A DNA stretch of 33,972 nucleotides from the sequence record SRR31147125_13840. One strand, written 5' to 3'. Under the pieces are notes generated by a model that saw only the letters and a list, made by a program, of their open reading frames with translations, was not told the DNA's origin and did no database searches. The translations under genes were made by a program, and so were the position numbers. Positions 18,276-28,650 of this stretch are shown piece after piece. Every line of letters begins with the position of its first letter. Position 1 is the stretch's first letter.

Positions 18276-21200
18276 ATGAAAAATTGGATAAAAAAGAGAA
18301 AAATAAAAAACAAACAAGTGAAATTGACACAACCGAATAATTATGGAAATAGTATTGAAGCTGATTTTTTAAAAAATGCTGTTAAACAATCAGCTAAAAA
18401 TATTGGGGTAATTGGCCCCAATGGTTCAGGGAAGAGTAGCATAATTCAATCATTTTTGAAATCATTCAAGGATAAATATAGAGTTGTTTCAGTTTCTTCA
18501 AATCCTAGTAAACAAGACAAATCTGAAAATAATGTTGGGCAAACAATAAAACATTATGAGCAAAATATATTACAACAGTTATTATTATCAGGTGCACCAT
18601 CAAAGTTTATTCATTCAAAAATTCAAAGAATCCCAAGCAAGAAGGAGCGATATCATCGTATCATAGTAGGTATTTTTATATATGGGTTGGTATGTTCATT
18701 ATGTGTATATTTAATAAATAAATACTTTAATGACTTTATATCAAATATTTTAAGGAACTCGGAAAACGAAATATCAATACCAGAAACATCATTTATTAAT
18801 GATATTTTTAGTTTCCTTTCTAATAATAAAAGTTATATACTCTTTGGGTTTTCAGCATTGTTTATTGTGATATTGCTGAATTCAATATATAAGATAATAA
18901 AAATGATGTCAGTCACTAGACTTAAAGTCGGCGGTATGGAAATCGAAAGTAAAGATTTGAAAAACGCATTGATAGATAGGTTTACTAAAGAACTGATATA
19001 TTACATCAAAACAGCAAAAATTAAAGTAATTGTTTTCGAAGATTTAGATAGGATAATTCAAAAAGATTCTACACTACAAGACGGATCAAAATCTAAATCA
19101 ACACAAAAAAATGATTTTCAATCAACGCAAGAAATCTTATATAATTTAAAAGAGTTGAATGAAGTGCTTAATAAACAAATGAATTGTAATGTTACATTTA
19201 TATATGCACTTAGTAATAAAATTTTAAAGAACTTAAATACGCAAAGCAAATTTTTTGATTATGTACTATCTGTTAGTAATGAAAGTCTGAAAACTCCAAT
19301 GATTAAAGAAATAAGAAAAATTTTACAGTTGAATGATTTTGATTCAACAGATAACCTTAGATTTATCGAAACTATAATAAGTTTAGTAGGACATGATATG
19401 AGAAGTCTGATATTTACTAGAAATGAATACATTTATTTACAGCGAAAGTATAATATAAATATAGAAAAAGATTCTGAAAAAAGAGAACTACTTGCAATAT
19501 CTTTATATAGGATGAAGTTTCCGGAAGACTTTAATAACATAAACAACGAAGAAAGTGTCTTTTATAACATAGTAGAAAAAACAAAAGATATTTCTAATAA
19601 AACATCTATTTATCGAGCAGGAAAAGATATAGACTATTATTTATTTAATGAAAAAATACATTTCGAATCAAATACATCTCAGAGTGAGGTGTTTAAGTTT
19701 TTAAAAACGTTGATTATAAATAAAATTTTCACAAGTGAAACATATACATTGATATTAAATTTATTTTCAAATGGGAATGACTCTATAATTGATAAAATTA
19801 ATAGAGGTGAATTATTAGCCATTGATAAGGATATTGACGATCCTGGATACATTATTAAAAAAACATATCCAAAATCCTATAAGAATGTAGATATATTTAA
19901 TTTTGCATTGTTCACATTCATGTTTGACAATGAAGATAGTGGATATAATGAATATTTATTCTATTATAAGAAATCATTGTCAAAAAAATTCAAATATCAA
20001 ATGAAATCGCTAATTTAATTTATAATTTTTATTTTAATGAAGAACATACCAAAATTCAAATTTATTTATATCATAGTGAATATTCATCATTTCTAGAATA
20101 TCTTAGATATAACGAAAATGCTGTGTGGAATTTTTTAGCTGGGTGTGAAGTTGAAGAAATAGTTACAAACAAAAAAGCTGAACTATTAAACATCATTGCA
20201 GACACTGTTAATAATGTAACTGGAGTTGAAAAATCAAATAACAAAGACAATGTACTGGATGTGTTGTCAAAACTAGAGATAAAATTTAAAGAATTAGAAA
20301 AAGTAACTGAAAAAAATGCAGTATTTAATAAGCACTTAAGCGATAATTTTTATGAAGTTAATGAAAAGAATCTTGATACAATAGCACAATATTTTAATAA
20401 ATCAATTTCAGATGGAGACTTTTATACATTTATTTCATCTGAAAACATTAATGTATACAGTTATATAAAAAAGAATTTAGAAAGATACTTGGCAATTCTC
20501 ATCAATCGAAATGTGAAGTTAAACGAAAGCATGGATAAATTAAATGAATTATACTCATGTGCCAAAGAAAACAATAACACTAATGCCTTATTTGAATTAG
20601 TTGAAAATAGGTCGTTATCTGAATTCGATGAAATGGATGACGAATTAATTCAAAGTCTAATCGATAGTGATAAGTATATTCAAACAGTTGAAGTCTACGA
20701 ACGTATATTTAGTACTCAATACAAAACAGAAACTTATAGTAAACTTTTAGACATCAAACTAAATGCTGAGGAGTTTGAAGATTTCGATGCCTTAATTAAT
20801 TGCATTAATGATCATAAAATCAATATAGATACATATAATTCTATAATATTAGAAAATTTCAACACATTAACAAACTTTAAGTACATATTGACACATTTGA
20901 AATTAGGCAATATAGAGTTTAATTCACTTCAGAGAGATAATAAAGAACACATCACACGGAATAAGAATAAAAGAATTTTAGATTATTTACTTACTCATTT
21001 GAACGTGTCTGATGAAGTGATTCACTTGATAAATATTAATGACATTTTCGAGTTTAATTTATCAGACAATGCGAAAATTAATTACTTGAACAACTTAGAA
21101 GATTTAGAAGATCTTGAATCTTTTAATTATGTAAACGAACTTGCTGTTTTGTTAAATGTTGAATATACTAAAGACACTTGCAATATTAGTGAAAACGTGC

Positions 21201-21475
21201 TAGAAAAATTATTAGATTTAAAATTCACAAATAGCGATTTGATTAAACTTTTATACAAATACTCCAATCACGTATCTAAAAATTTTTTAATTACTAAATT
21301 AAGTAGTACAAACAACAAATGGTCCGGTTTTTTCAATAATGGTGTTATAAGTAAAGGTGTTAAATATTTCGAAGATATTGAAGACCATGAACAGTGGCTA
21401 ATAAAACTTGAAAAAATTGGAATAGTGAAAAAAACTGGAAGAAAAGATCCAAGAATAAAAAAATATATAGATTAA
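18276..21475 (+). pseudogene. KAP/YobI-type membrane P-loop NTPase (about 1066 aa if restored), split by a -1 frameshift
   Basis: AGGAGG and ATG 18276; Walker A GPNGSGKSS, two TM helices, Walker B VIVFEDLDR, KFFDYVL. One more A in A7 (19982-19988) fuses it to the 20123..21475 ORF with no stops. Confidence 0.8.
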
Positions 21476-21552
21476 AAAGTAAGTGACAGGAAATTCTTGT
21501 AATTTGTTTTATGCTATAATATTTATGTGAATTCTAGATCGGGGGTTCTTTC

Positions 21553-24293
21553 ATGAATTATATACAAACTGAAGCAGCACTAGAAAATGAAATGATAAAA
21601 TCTTTAGAGGGGATGAGTTACGAACGTATATCTATACCTGATGAAGAAACATTATTACAAAACTTTAAAAATAAAATATCAGAACACAATTTATCAACTG
21701 AACTTAATAATCAACCACTCTCAGATACTGAGTTTGAAAGATTATTAAATGAAATGCTAGGTAAAGGTGTTTTTAATAGTGCATATAACTTAAGACAAAA
21801 GCAAACCATCACTAGAGATGATGGTTCTATTGCTTATATTGAGTTAATCAATAAAAAAGAATGGTGTAAAAATATATTTCAAGTTACAAACCAAATCACA
21901 GTGAATGCAAGACGTGTTAATCGTTATGATGTTACTATATTAATTAATGGTCTTCCTCTTGTTCAGATTGAACTAAAAGAAGAGGCATGGAACTTAAACA
22001 AGCATTTAACCAAATCAATCGATATAAATCCGAATCATATACGGGTTTATTTAAGTATGTACAAATATTTGTCATATCAAATGGTGTATCAACAAAGTAT
22101 ATATCAAATGATGAAACAAGATTAAATTATAATTTTGCGTTTAAATGGACGGATGATAAAAACAATGATATTCAAAATATTGCTGAATTCACAAGAACTT
22201 TTTTATCACCTTGTCAAATAGCTAAAACTATTTCAAGATATATGATTACCAATAAGTTTGATAAAAAACTTATGGTGATGCGTCCTTATCAAATTTATGC
22301 AGTTGAAAAATTAATGGATTGTGCAGAAAATACTAAACAAAATGCATATGTATGGCATACAACGGGATCTGGTAAAACTTTAACATCGTTTAAACTCGCA
22401 CAATTACTATCAGAATTATCTGATGTAGAAAAAGTGATTTTTTTAGTTGATAGAAAAGACTTAAATGCTCAAACTGTTGAAGAGTTCAACAAATTTCAAA
22501 TTGATGATATTTCAGCAGCGAAAAATACATATGATTTAACGAAGCAATTTAATGATGAGAGTATTCCTTTAATTGTAGCAACCATTCAAAAAATGAATAA
22601 TGCTTTGAAAAAACCAGGATATATGAAAAAAATGGAGAAATTCAAAGAGAAACGCATTGTGTTTATTATTGATGAATGCCATCGATCTCAATTTGGAGAC
22701 ATGCATAAAGTCATTAAAAAATACTTTAACCAAGCACAATACTTTGGATTTACTGGGACTCCAATTTTTAGTGAATATGCTGGCAATGGATTAGCAACAG
22801 GTAATCTATTTAACAAACAAGTCCATAATTATTTAATTAAAGATGGTATTCGTGATAAAAATGTTCTAGGATTTAAAGTAGATTATTTTAAAACCATGTC
22901 AATGAGTGCTCATGCAACTGATGATGATGTTGAAAACATTGATAAAGAAGAAGTTCTAGAATCTGATGAAAGAGCAATGCTTGTCGTAGATCAAGTGCTA
23001 AAAATTCATCCGACAAAAACACATCAACAAGCATATAATGCTATATTTGTAGCATCTAATATACCGATGGCAGTTAAATATTATAATTTTTTCAAAAAAG
23101 TTGATCATGATTTAACGATTGCTTCAATCTTTAGTTTTTCACCAAATGCTGATACATCAAAAGAAGATAAACTTCAAAGAGATATGTTAGAAGATATTAT
23201 CAAAGATTATAATCATAGATTTCAAACCAATTATTCAACCGATACTTATAGTAATTATTTTAGTGATCTTTCGAAACGATTTAAGCGTAAAGAGATTGAT
23301 ATACTAATTGTTGTTAATATGTTTTTAACAGGATATGATTCTAAACTACTTAATACTTTATATATTGATAAAAAACTTAAAATGCATACGTTGATTCAAG
23401 CTTTTTCAAGAACGAATCGTATACATACTGAAAAGAAAATGTTTGGTAATATCGTTTCTTTTGCAACACATAAAGCGGATGTTGAAGAAGCTATTAAAGT
23501 ATATAGTGATACAGATAATACTGATGTTGTTGTATTAGAGACTTATCAAACATATGTTGACCAAGCGAAAAAGAAAATCGATGAATTATTAAGTATAGTA
23601 CCTACTGTTGCAGATGTTGATAGGTTAGAAAGTGAGACTGCACAAAAAGAATTTATTATTGCATATCGTTCTTTAGTGCATGTGATAACTGCTTTACAGA
23701 ATTTCATAGAGTTTGAGTTTGATGAATCAGAAATTGGTATGTCTAGACAACGTTATGAAGATTATCGTTCGAAGTATCTTGATTTAAACAGACGCGTGTC
23801 ACAAACAGATAAAGCATCAATTCTAGTTGATGTGAGTTTTGATATGGAATTAGTGTCAACCGATATTATTAATGTTGATTACATATTAGAATTGCTTGCA
23901 CAGATTAATTATGGTGATCATAAGCAAAGGGATCTTGGCTTAGAACATTTAAAGAAAGTCCTTGATAGAAACGACAGTAAAGAACTTCATAGTAAAATTG
24001 AATTGTTAAGAAGATTCATTGAGAAAGAAGTGCCTACTATTTATGATGGTAGTACTGTAGAAGAAAGATATGAAGAATTTCTTGAAAAAGAAAAAAATAA
24101 TGTTATTTATCAGATGAGTGAAAAAGTTCATGTTGGTGAACTTGTTCTTAAGGAAATGATAAATGCTTATCATTACACAAGTATTATTCCTAATGATGTA
24201 ATTAGAGAACATGTTAAAGGAAAATATTTAGAGAAAAACAAAGCGATCAATGAAATCAAAGATTTTATTGTAGAGGTATCTGAATTGTATTAA
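21553..24293 (+). pseudogene. hsdR: Type I R-M restriction subunit, split by a -1 frameshift
   Basis: RYDVTILINGLPLVQIELK; one more A at A4 (21975-21978) restores ELKRRGMELKQAFNQI; HTTGSGKT, DECHRS, FTGTP, QAFSRTNR. Confidence 0.93.
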
Positions 24294-24308
24294 AATCATG
24301 CTATTTAA

Positions 24309-24356
24309 AAAAATATCAAATTTAGTCTTGACTAGGTTTGATATTTTTGTTATGAT
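24309..24356 (+). promoter_or_regulatory. Inverted repeat (likely hsdR terminator) overlapping the promoter of the half-hsdS-hsdM-hsdS operon
   Basis: 19 bp arms, 17/19 matching (24309-24327 and 24330-24348); TTGACT(24328)-17 bp-TATGAT(24351) with extended TG. Confidence 0.75.
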
Positions 24357-24399
24357 GGAATTGTAATGATATTTCATAAAATAGCAAAGGAGGGATTAT

Positions 24400-24987
24400 A
24401 TGGAATTGATTCAAGAAATGACACACGGTTTTTTTGTTAATCGCCTTAAGCGCAAAGGTGATGTTTGGAAAACAATGAGAGTCCTTCATATGCAAGACGT
24501 TGCATATTTTACAGGTGATCAAGTTGTAAAACCAGAAAAAAGCGAAATGAAAATTTATGAATCAGATAAAGATGCTATAGTTGTAGGTCATGTTGGTGAT
24601 GTTGTATTAGGAAAAACCATGGGGAGTGCTATGGTCATTGATGAAGCATTTGATGGATGTTTAATCAATTCAAATTTTGTATTGATTAAAATTGATAAAA
24701 AATGTTCACCATACTTTTTAGCATGGTATATGAATGAAAGTAGTGCATTTAAAAGATATCTTTTTGTTAATCAGCAAGGATCAACGTCTACAAAAGTATT
24801 ATCAATTACAGATTTAAAGGCTTTTAACTATAAAAGTATAGATTATGTTAATGAAAATTTAATTGGTGAAATTTATAAAAAACAAGTACAAAGAAAAAGA
24901 TTATTAGTAGAGCAAGAACAATTAGAAATAAAACTTATGAACCAACACTTTAAAATAAGTAGAAAGAAGGAAAATGAAAATGAATAA
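24400..24987 (+). CDS. Single-TRD (half) HsdS-like protein
   Basis: GDVVL, LINSNFVLIK, PYFLAWYMN, QGST..LSITDLK and a C-terminal coiled coil; overlaps the hsdM start. Confidence 0.7.
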   Translation: MELIQEMTHGFFVNRLKRKGDVWKTMRVLHMQDVAYFTGDQVVKPEKSEMKIYESDKDAIVVGHVGDVVLGKTMGSAMVIDEAFDGCLINSNFVLIKIDKKCSPYFLAWYMNESSAFKRYLFVNQQGSTSTKVLSITDLKAFNYKSIDYVNENLIGEIYKKQVQRKRLLVEQEQLEIKLMNQHFKISRKKENENE

Positions 24988-26533
24988 ACAATCAGAACAA
25001 CAAGCAACACTACATAAACAATTATGGGCAATGGCTAACGAATTAAGAGGGAACATGGATGCCAGCGAATTTAAAAATTATATATTAACGATTATATTTT
25101 ACAGATACTTAAGTGAAAATATTGAAAAAATTGTTAGTGATTTTCTTAAAGAAGATCACATGACATATGAACAAGCATGGGAAATACCAGAGTATAGAAA
25201 AGCATTAATTGATGACTTAACAAATAGTAGTGATATCGGTTATTTAATTGAGCCAGAATATTTATATGCATCACTTGTTAAAAAGATTAAAACAAATAGT
25301 TTTGATATTGCTATGTTAAGTAAAGCAATTAATAAACTTAGTGAATCTACATTAGGACAATCGTCACAAGAAGATTTTGAAAATCTATTTGATGATTTAG
25401 ATTTAAACTCTTCACGTTTAGGTAGAGGAGAAACTGAAAGATCATTATTGATGGGAAAGATTATTTTAAAAGTTAATGAAATTGATTTTATGCATGGTGA
25501 TAGTGAAATTGATGTATTAGGTGATGCATACGAATACCTTATTGGTAAGTTTGCAGCAAATGCTGGAAAGAAGGCGGGGGAGTATTACACGCCTCAAGCA
25601 GTGTCAGAGTTACTTGCAAGAATTGTTACTTTAGGCAAGAAAGAAATCAAGAGTGTCTATGATCCTACATGTGGATCAGGATCACTATTATTACGTATTA
25701 GTAAACATGCTAAAGTCGTTAAATATTTCGGTCAAGAAAAAACACCAACGACTTATAATTTAGCAAGAATGAATATGATGTTACATAAAGTAACATTTGA
25801 TAGATTTAATATTTACCAAGAAGATACTTTAGAAAGACCTTGTCCTGCTCATGAAGGATTAAAATTTGAAGCAGTAGTTGCAAATCCGCCTTATAGTGCG
25901 AAATGGAGTGCTGATGCTAAGTTTGAAAATGATGATAGATTTTCTGGTTATGGGAAGCTCGCACCTAAATCTAAAGCGGATTACGCATTTGTTCAACACA
26001 TGATTCATCATTTAGATGATGATGGTACGATGGCAGTTGTATTGCCACATGGTGTATTGTTTAGAGGTGGAGCAGAAGCTGTGATTAGAAAATATCTTAT
26101 TGATAATAAGAATTATTTAGATGCAGTCTTAGGACTGCCTGCAAATATATTCTTTGGAACATCAATTCCTACGACTGTTTTAGTGTTTAAAAAATGTAGA
26201 GAAAACAAAGACATATTATTTATTGATGCATCTAAAGGCTTTAAAAAAGAAAAAAACCAAAATGTATTAATACCTGAATATATTGACAAAATCGTTGATA
26301 CATATAAAGAAAGAAAAACAATTGATAAATATTCATTTTTAGCAAGTCTAAAAGATATAGAAGAAAATGATTACAATTTAAATATTCCAAGATATGTTGA
26401 TACATTTGAAGAAGAAGAACCTGTAGATCTTGATGAAGTGAGAAAGCAATTAAAAGCAGTTGATCAAGAAATCGAAGAAATTACTAAAGAGATTAATACG
26501 TATTTGGATGAATTAGGAGAACCTAGATTGTGA
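24980..26533 (+). CDS. hsdM: Type I R-M m6A methyltransferase
   Basis: LWAMANELRG, GEYYTP, DPTCGSGSLL, NPPY, YNLNIPRYV (alternative start 24974). Confidence 0.97.
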   Translation: MNKQSEQQATLHKQLWAMANELRGNMDASEFKNYILTIIFYRYLSENIEKIVSDFLKEDHMTYEQAWEIPEYRKALIDDLTNSSDIGYLIEPEYLYASLVKKIKTNSFDIAMLSKAINKLSESTLGQSSQEDFENLFDDLDLNSSRLGRGETERSLLMGKIILKVNEIDFMHGDSEIDVLGDAYEYLIGKFAANAGKKAGEYYTPQAVSELLARIVTLGKKEIKSVYDPTCGSGSLLLRISKHAKVVKYFGQEKTPTTYNLARMNMMLHKVTFDRFNIYQEDTLERPCPAHEGLKFEAVVANPPYSAKWSADAKFENDDRFSGYGKLAPKSKADYAFVQHMIHHLDDDGTMAVVLPHGVLFRGGAEAVIRKYLIDNKNYLDAVLGLPANIFFGTSIPTTVLVFKKCRENKDILFIDASKGFKKEKNQNVLIPEYIDKIVDTYKERKTIDKYSFLASLKDIEENDYNLNIPRYVDTFEEEEPVDLDEVRKQLKAVDQEIEEITKEINTYLDELGEPRL

Positions 26534-26546
26534 GGGGGATGTATAG

Positions 26547-27755
26547 ATGGAGAAATTAAGATTTAAGGATGAAAATGGGAGTACATATCCTAAATGGGAA
26601 ACTAAATACTTTTCAGAAACATATTATAAAGCAAAAGAAGGGGGAACACCAAGTACTAAAAACAATAATTACTATTTGGAAGGGAAAATACCTTTTGTTA
26701 AAATAGATGATTTAAAACAAAAATACCTTTTTAATTCAACTTCTTATATTAATGAATTGGGTATTAAAAATTCAAGTGCTTGGAGAATACCAATTAATTC
26801 TTTATTACTATCAAATGGAGCAACAATTGGAGAGTCTTCTATAACAAAACTAGAAGTAACAACTAAGCAAGGAATATTAGGGATAATTCCTAAAATAAAT
26901 GTTGAATTTCTATATTATTTAGTAGCAACACAAAAATTCAAAAAGCTAATAAAGAGAATCACAACAAAAGGTACAATGGATGCGGCTTATATTAAAGACA
27001 TAGCAAACATAAAAGTTGATATTCCATGTGAAAACGAACAAAATAAAATTGCAGATTTTCTTAGTGTTTTTGATTTTAATATTGAGAAGGTTACTCAAAA
27101 AATAGAACAGTTGCAACTACTTAAAAAAGGCTATTTACAAAAAATGTTCCCTAAAAAAGGTGAAAATACTCCAGAAATCAGATTTAATGGATTTACTGAT
27201 GCTTGGGAACAGCGTGAACTAGGAGAGTTGACAGAAATTTACGATGGCACTCATCAAACTCCACAATATACTGATAATGGTGTGATGTTTTTATCAGTTG
27301 AAAATATCACCACTTTAAAGTCTAAAAAGTTTATATCTGAAGAAGCATTTAAAAATGAGTTTAAAATATATCCGGAAAAAAATGACATACTTATGACTAG
27401 AATTGGTGATATAGGAACAGCTAATATTGTAGCCGATAACGAACCCAAAGCATATTATGTTAGTCTCGCTTTACTTAAAAACTCCAAATTAGATCCACAT
27501 TTTCTTATGGAATCCATATCATCAGTAAATGTGAAGAGAGAGATTTGGCATAGAACATTACATATTGCTTTTCCAAAAAAGATTAATAAAAATGAAATCT
27601 CAAAAGTTCAACTCTCTTATCCTAAAAATAAAGTAGAGCAATCTCAAATCGGTAGAACACTTAACCAGTTAGAAAATCTTATCACCCTTCATCAGCGTAA
27701 GCATGAATTGTTGATTAAAATAAAACAAGGTTATATGCAAAGACTGTTCAGCTAA
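26547..27755 (+). CDS. hsdS: Type I R-M specificity subunit (two TRDs)
   Basis: LRFKDENG..YPKWE; EQNKIADF; MFPKKGENTPEIRFNGFTDAWEQR; LITLHQRK. Confidence 0.95.
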   Translation: MEKLRFKDENGSTYPKWETKYFSETYYKAKEGGTPSTKNNNYYLEGKIPFVKIDDLKQKYLFNSTSYINELGIKNSSAWRIPINSLLLSNGATIGESSITKLEVTTKQGILGIIPKINVEFLYYLVATQKFKKLIKRITTKGTMDAAYIKDIANIKVDIPCENEQNKIADFLSVFDFNIEKVTQKIEQLQLLKKGYLQKMFPKKGENTPEIRFNGFTDAWEQRELGELTEIYDGTHQTPQYTDNGVMFLSVENITTLKSKKFISEEAFKNEFKIYPEKNDILMTRIGDIGTANIVADNEPKAYYVSLALLKNSKLDPHFLMESISSVNVKREIWHRTLHIAFPKKINKNEISKVQLSYPKNKVEQSQIGRTLNQLENLITLHQRKHELLIKIKQGYMQRLFS

Positions 27756-27778
27756 AGATAAAAATATTAGGTGCCAAT

Positions 27779-28468
27779 ATGAATTTAGATAATATAGAAA
27801 ACAAATTGAATCAAATAGAGAACATTGAAGATGATCAGAAGTTTATTATTTATTTAATAATGAAAAAATGTACGGTTCTTTTAAGACAAGCTAAAAATCT
27901 CATTGATCAACATCGAGGTACTTTTATTTCTCCTCTATTAAGACAAGTTTTTGAATATACTATTATAACTGCGGGGTTTGATGGATTTATTACACTTGAT
28001 GATTTTATTAATCACCAAAAAAATGCCAAACTAGTAAAAAAAATTAGAGATAAGTTTGATGATTTCATTATAAAAAATCATGGCCAGCAACACAAAAACA
28101 CATTTAAAGCATATACAAAAATGATTTATAGTGTTTTAAGTGAGTATACACATTCAAATATAGATAATCTAGTTAGATTTTCACTTGATGAGTATTGTGA
28201 TAATCAAAAAATGTTAAGCGAAGAAGCTAATGTACTCTATACAATGGTTGAACAACTATTCTTCATACTAACAAACGAGTATTTAGATACTAATATTGAG
28301 ATTAAAGAAATTGATACAAATGATTTGTTAAATCTAATAAAAAAATCTAGAAGTATAAATGATATAAGTGATCCAGTTCTTAAACATCTTTTAGAAATAA
28401 AAGGAATAGATCAAAGATATAAAAATAAGACGAAGAAAATCATAAATCAACTGAAACATTGTAAATAA
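27779..28468 (+). CDS. DUF5677-like / HEPN-like helical protein
   Basis: LLRQVFE and YSVLSEYTH motif pair; AGGTG RBS; family assigned by motif recognition only. Confidence 0.55.
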   Translation: MNLDNIENKLNQIENIEDDQKFIIYLIMKKCTVLLRQAKNLIDQHRGTFISPLLRQVFEYTIITAGFDGFITLDDFINHQKNAKLVKKIRDKFDDFIIKNHGQQHKNTFKAYTKMIYSVLSEYTHSNIDNLVRFSLDEYCDNQKMLSEEANVLYTMVEQLFFILTNEYLDTNIEIKEIDTNDLLNLIKKSRSINDISDPVLKHLLEIKGIDQRYKNKTKKIINQLKHCK

Positions 28469-28502
28469 AAACTTTTAATTCCATATTTAAAACATAATAA
28501 AT

Positions 28503-28536
28503 TTGACATCTATAAATATTCATGATCTAATATAAT
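28503..28536 (+). promoter_or_regulatory. Sigma-A promoter
   Basis: TTGACA(28503)-17 bp-TCTAAT(28526) with extended TG; a perfect TATAAT also at 28531. Confidence 0.7.
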
Positions 28537-28547
28537 CAAAGAGATAA

Positions 28548-28626
28548 TAAACAACTTATGATTGTAGCTTAGGGGAATGGATACACTTTGATGTTAAAAG
28601 ACGACATTGTAGTGGCGTCTTTTTTT
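28548..28626 (+). promoter_or_regulatory. Conserved GGGGAATG leader / attenuator, copy B
   Basis: TGTAGCT-TAGGGGAAT-GGATACA hairpin; terminator AAAAGACGACAT-TGTA-GTGGCGTCTTTTTTT. Confidence 0.8.
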
Positions 28627-28650
28627 ACTAAAAATATTAAGGAGTTATAT

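Noticed and set aside
24400-27755. hsdS shufflon or invertible phase-variable type I locus
   Set aside because: No recombinase, no inverted hsdS copy and no shared repeats between the two S-like genes
18213-28650. Upstream TTG starts at 18213 and 28588 listed in the ORF track
   Set aside because: They run through the leader terminators; strong RBSs point to ATG 18276 and ATG 28651
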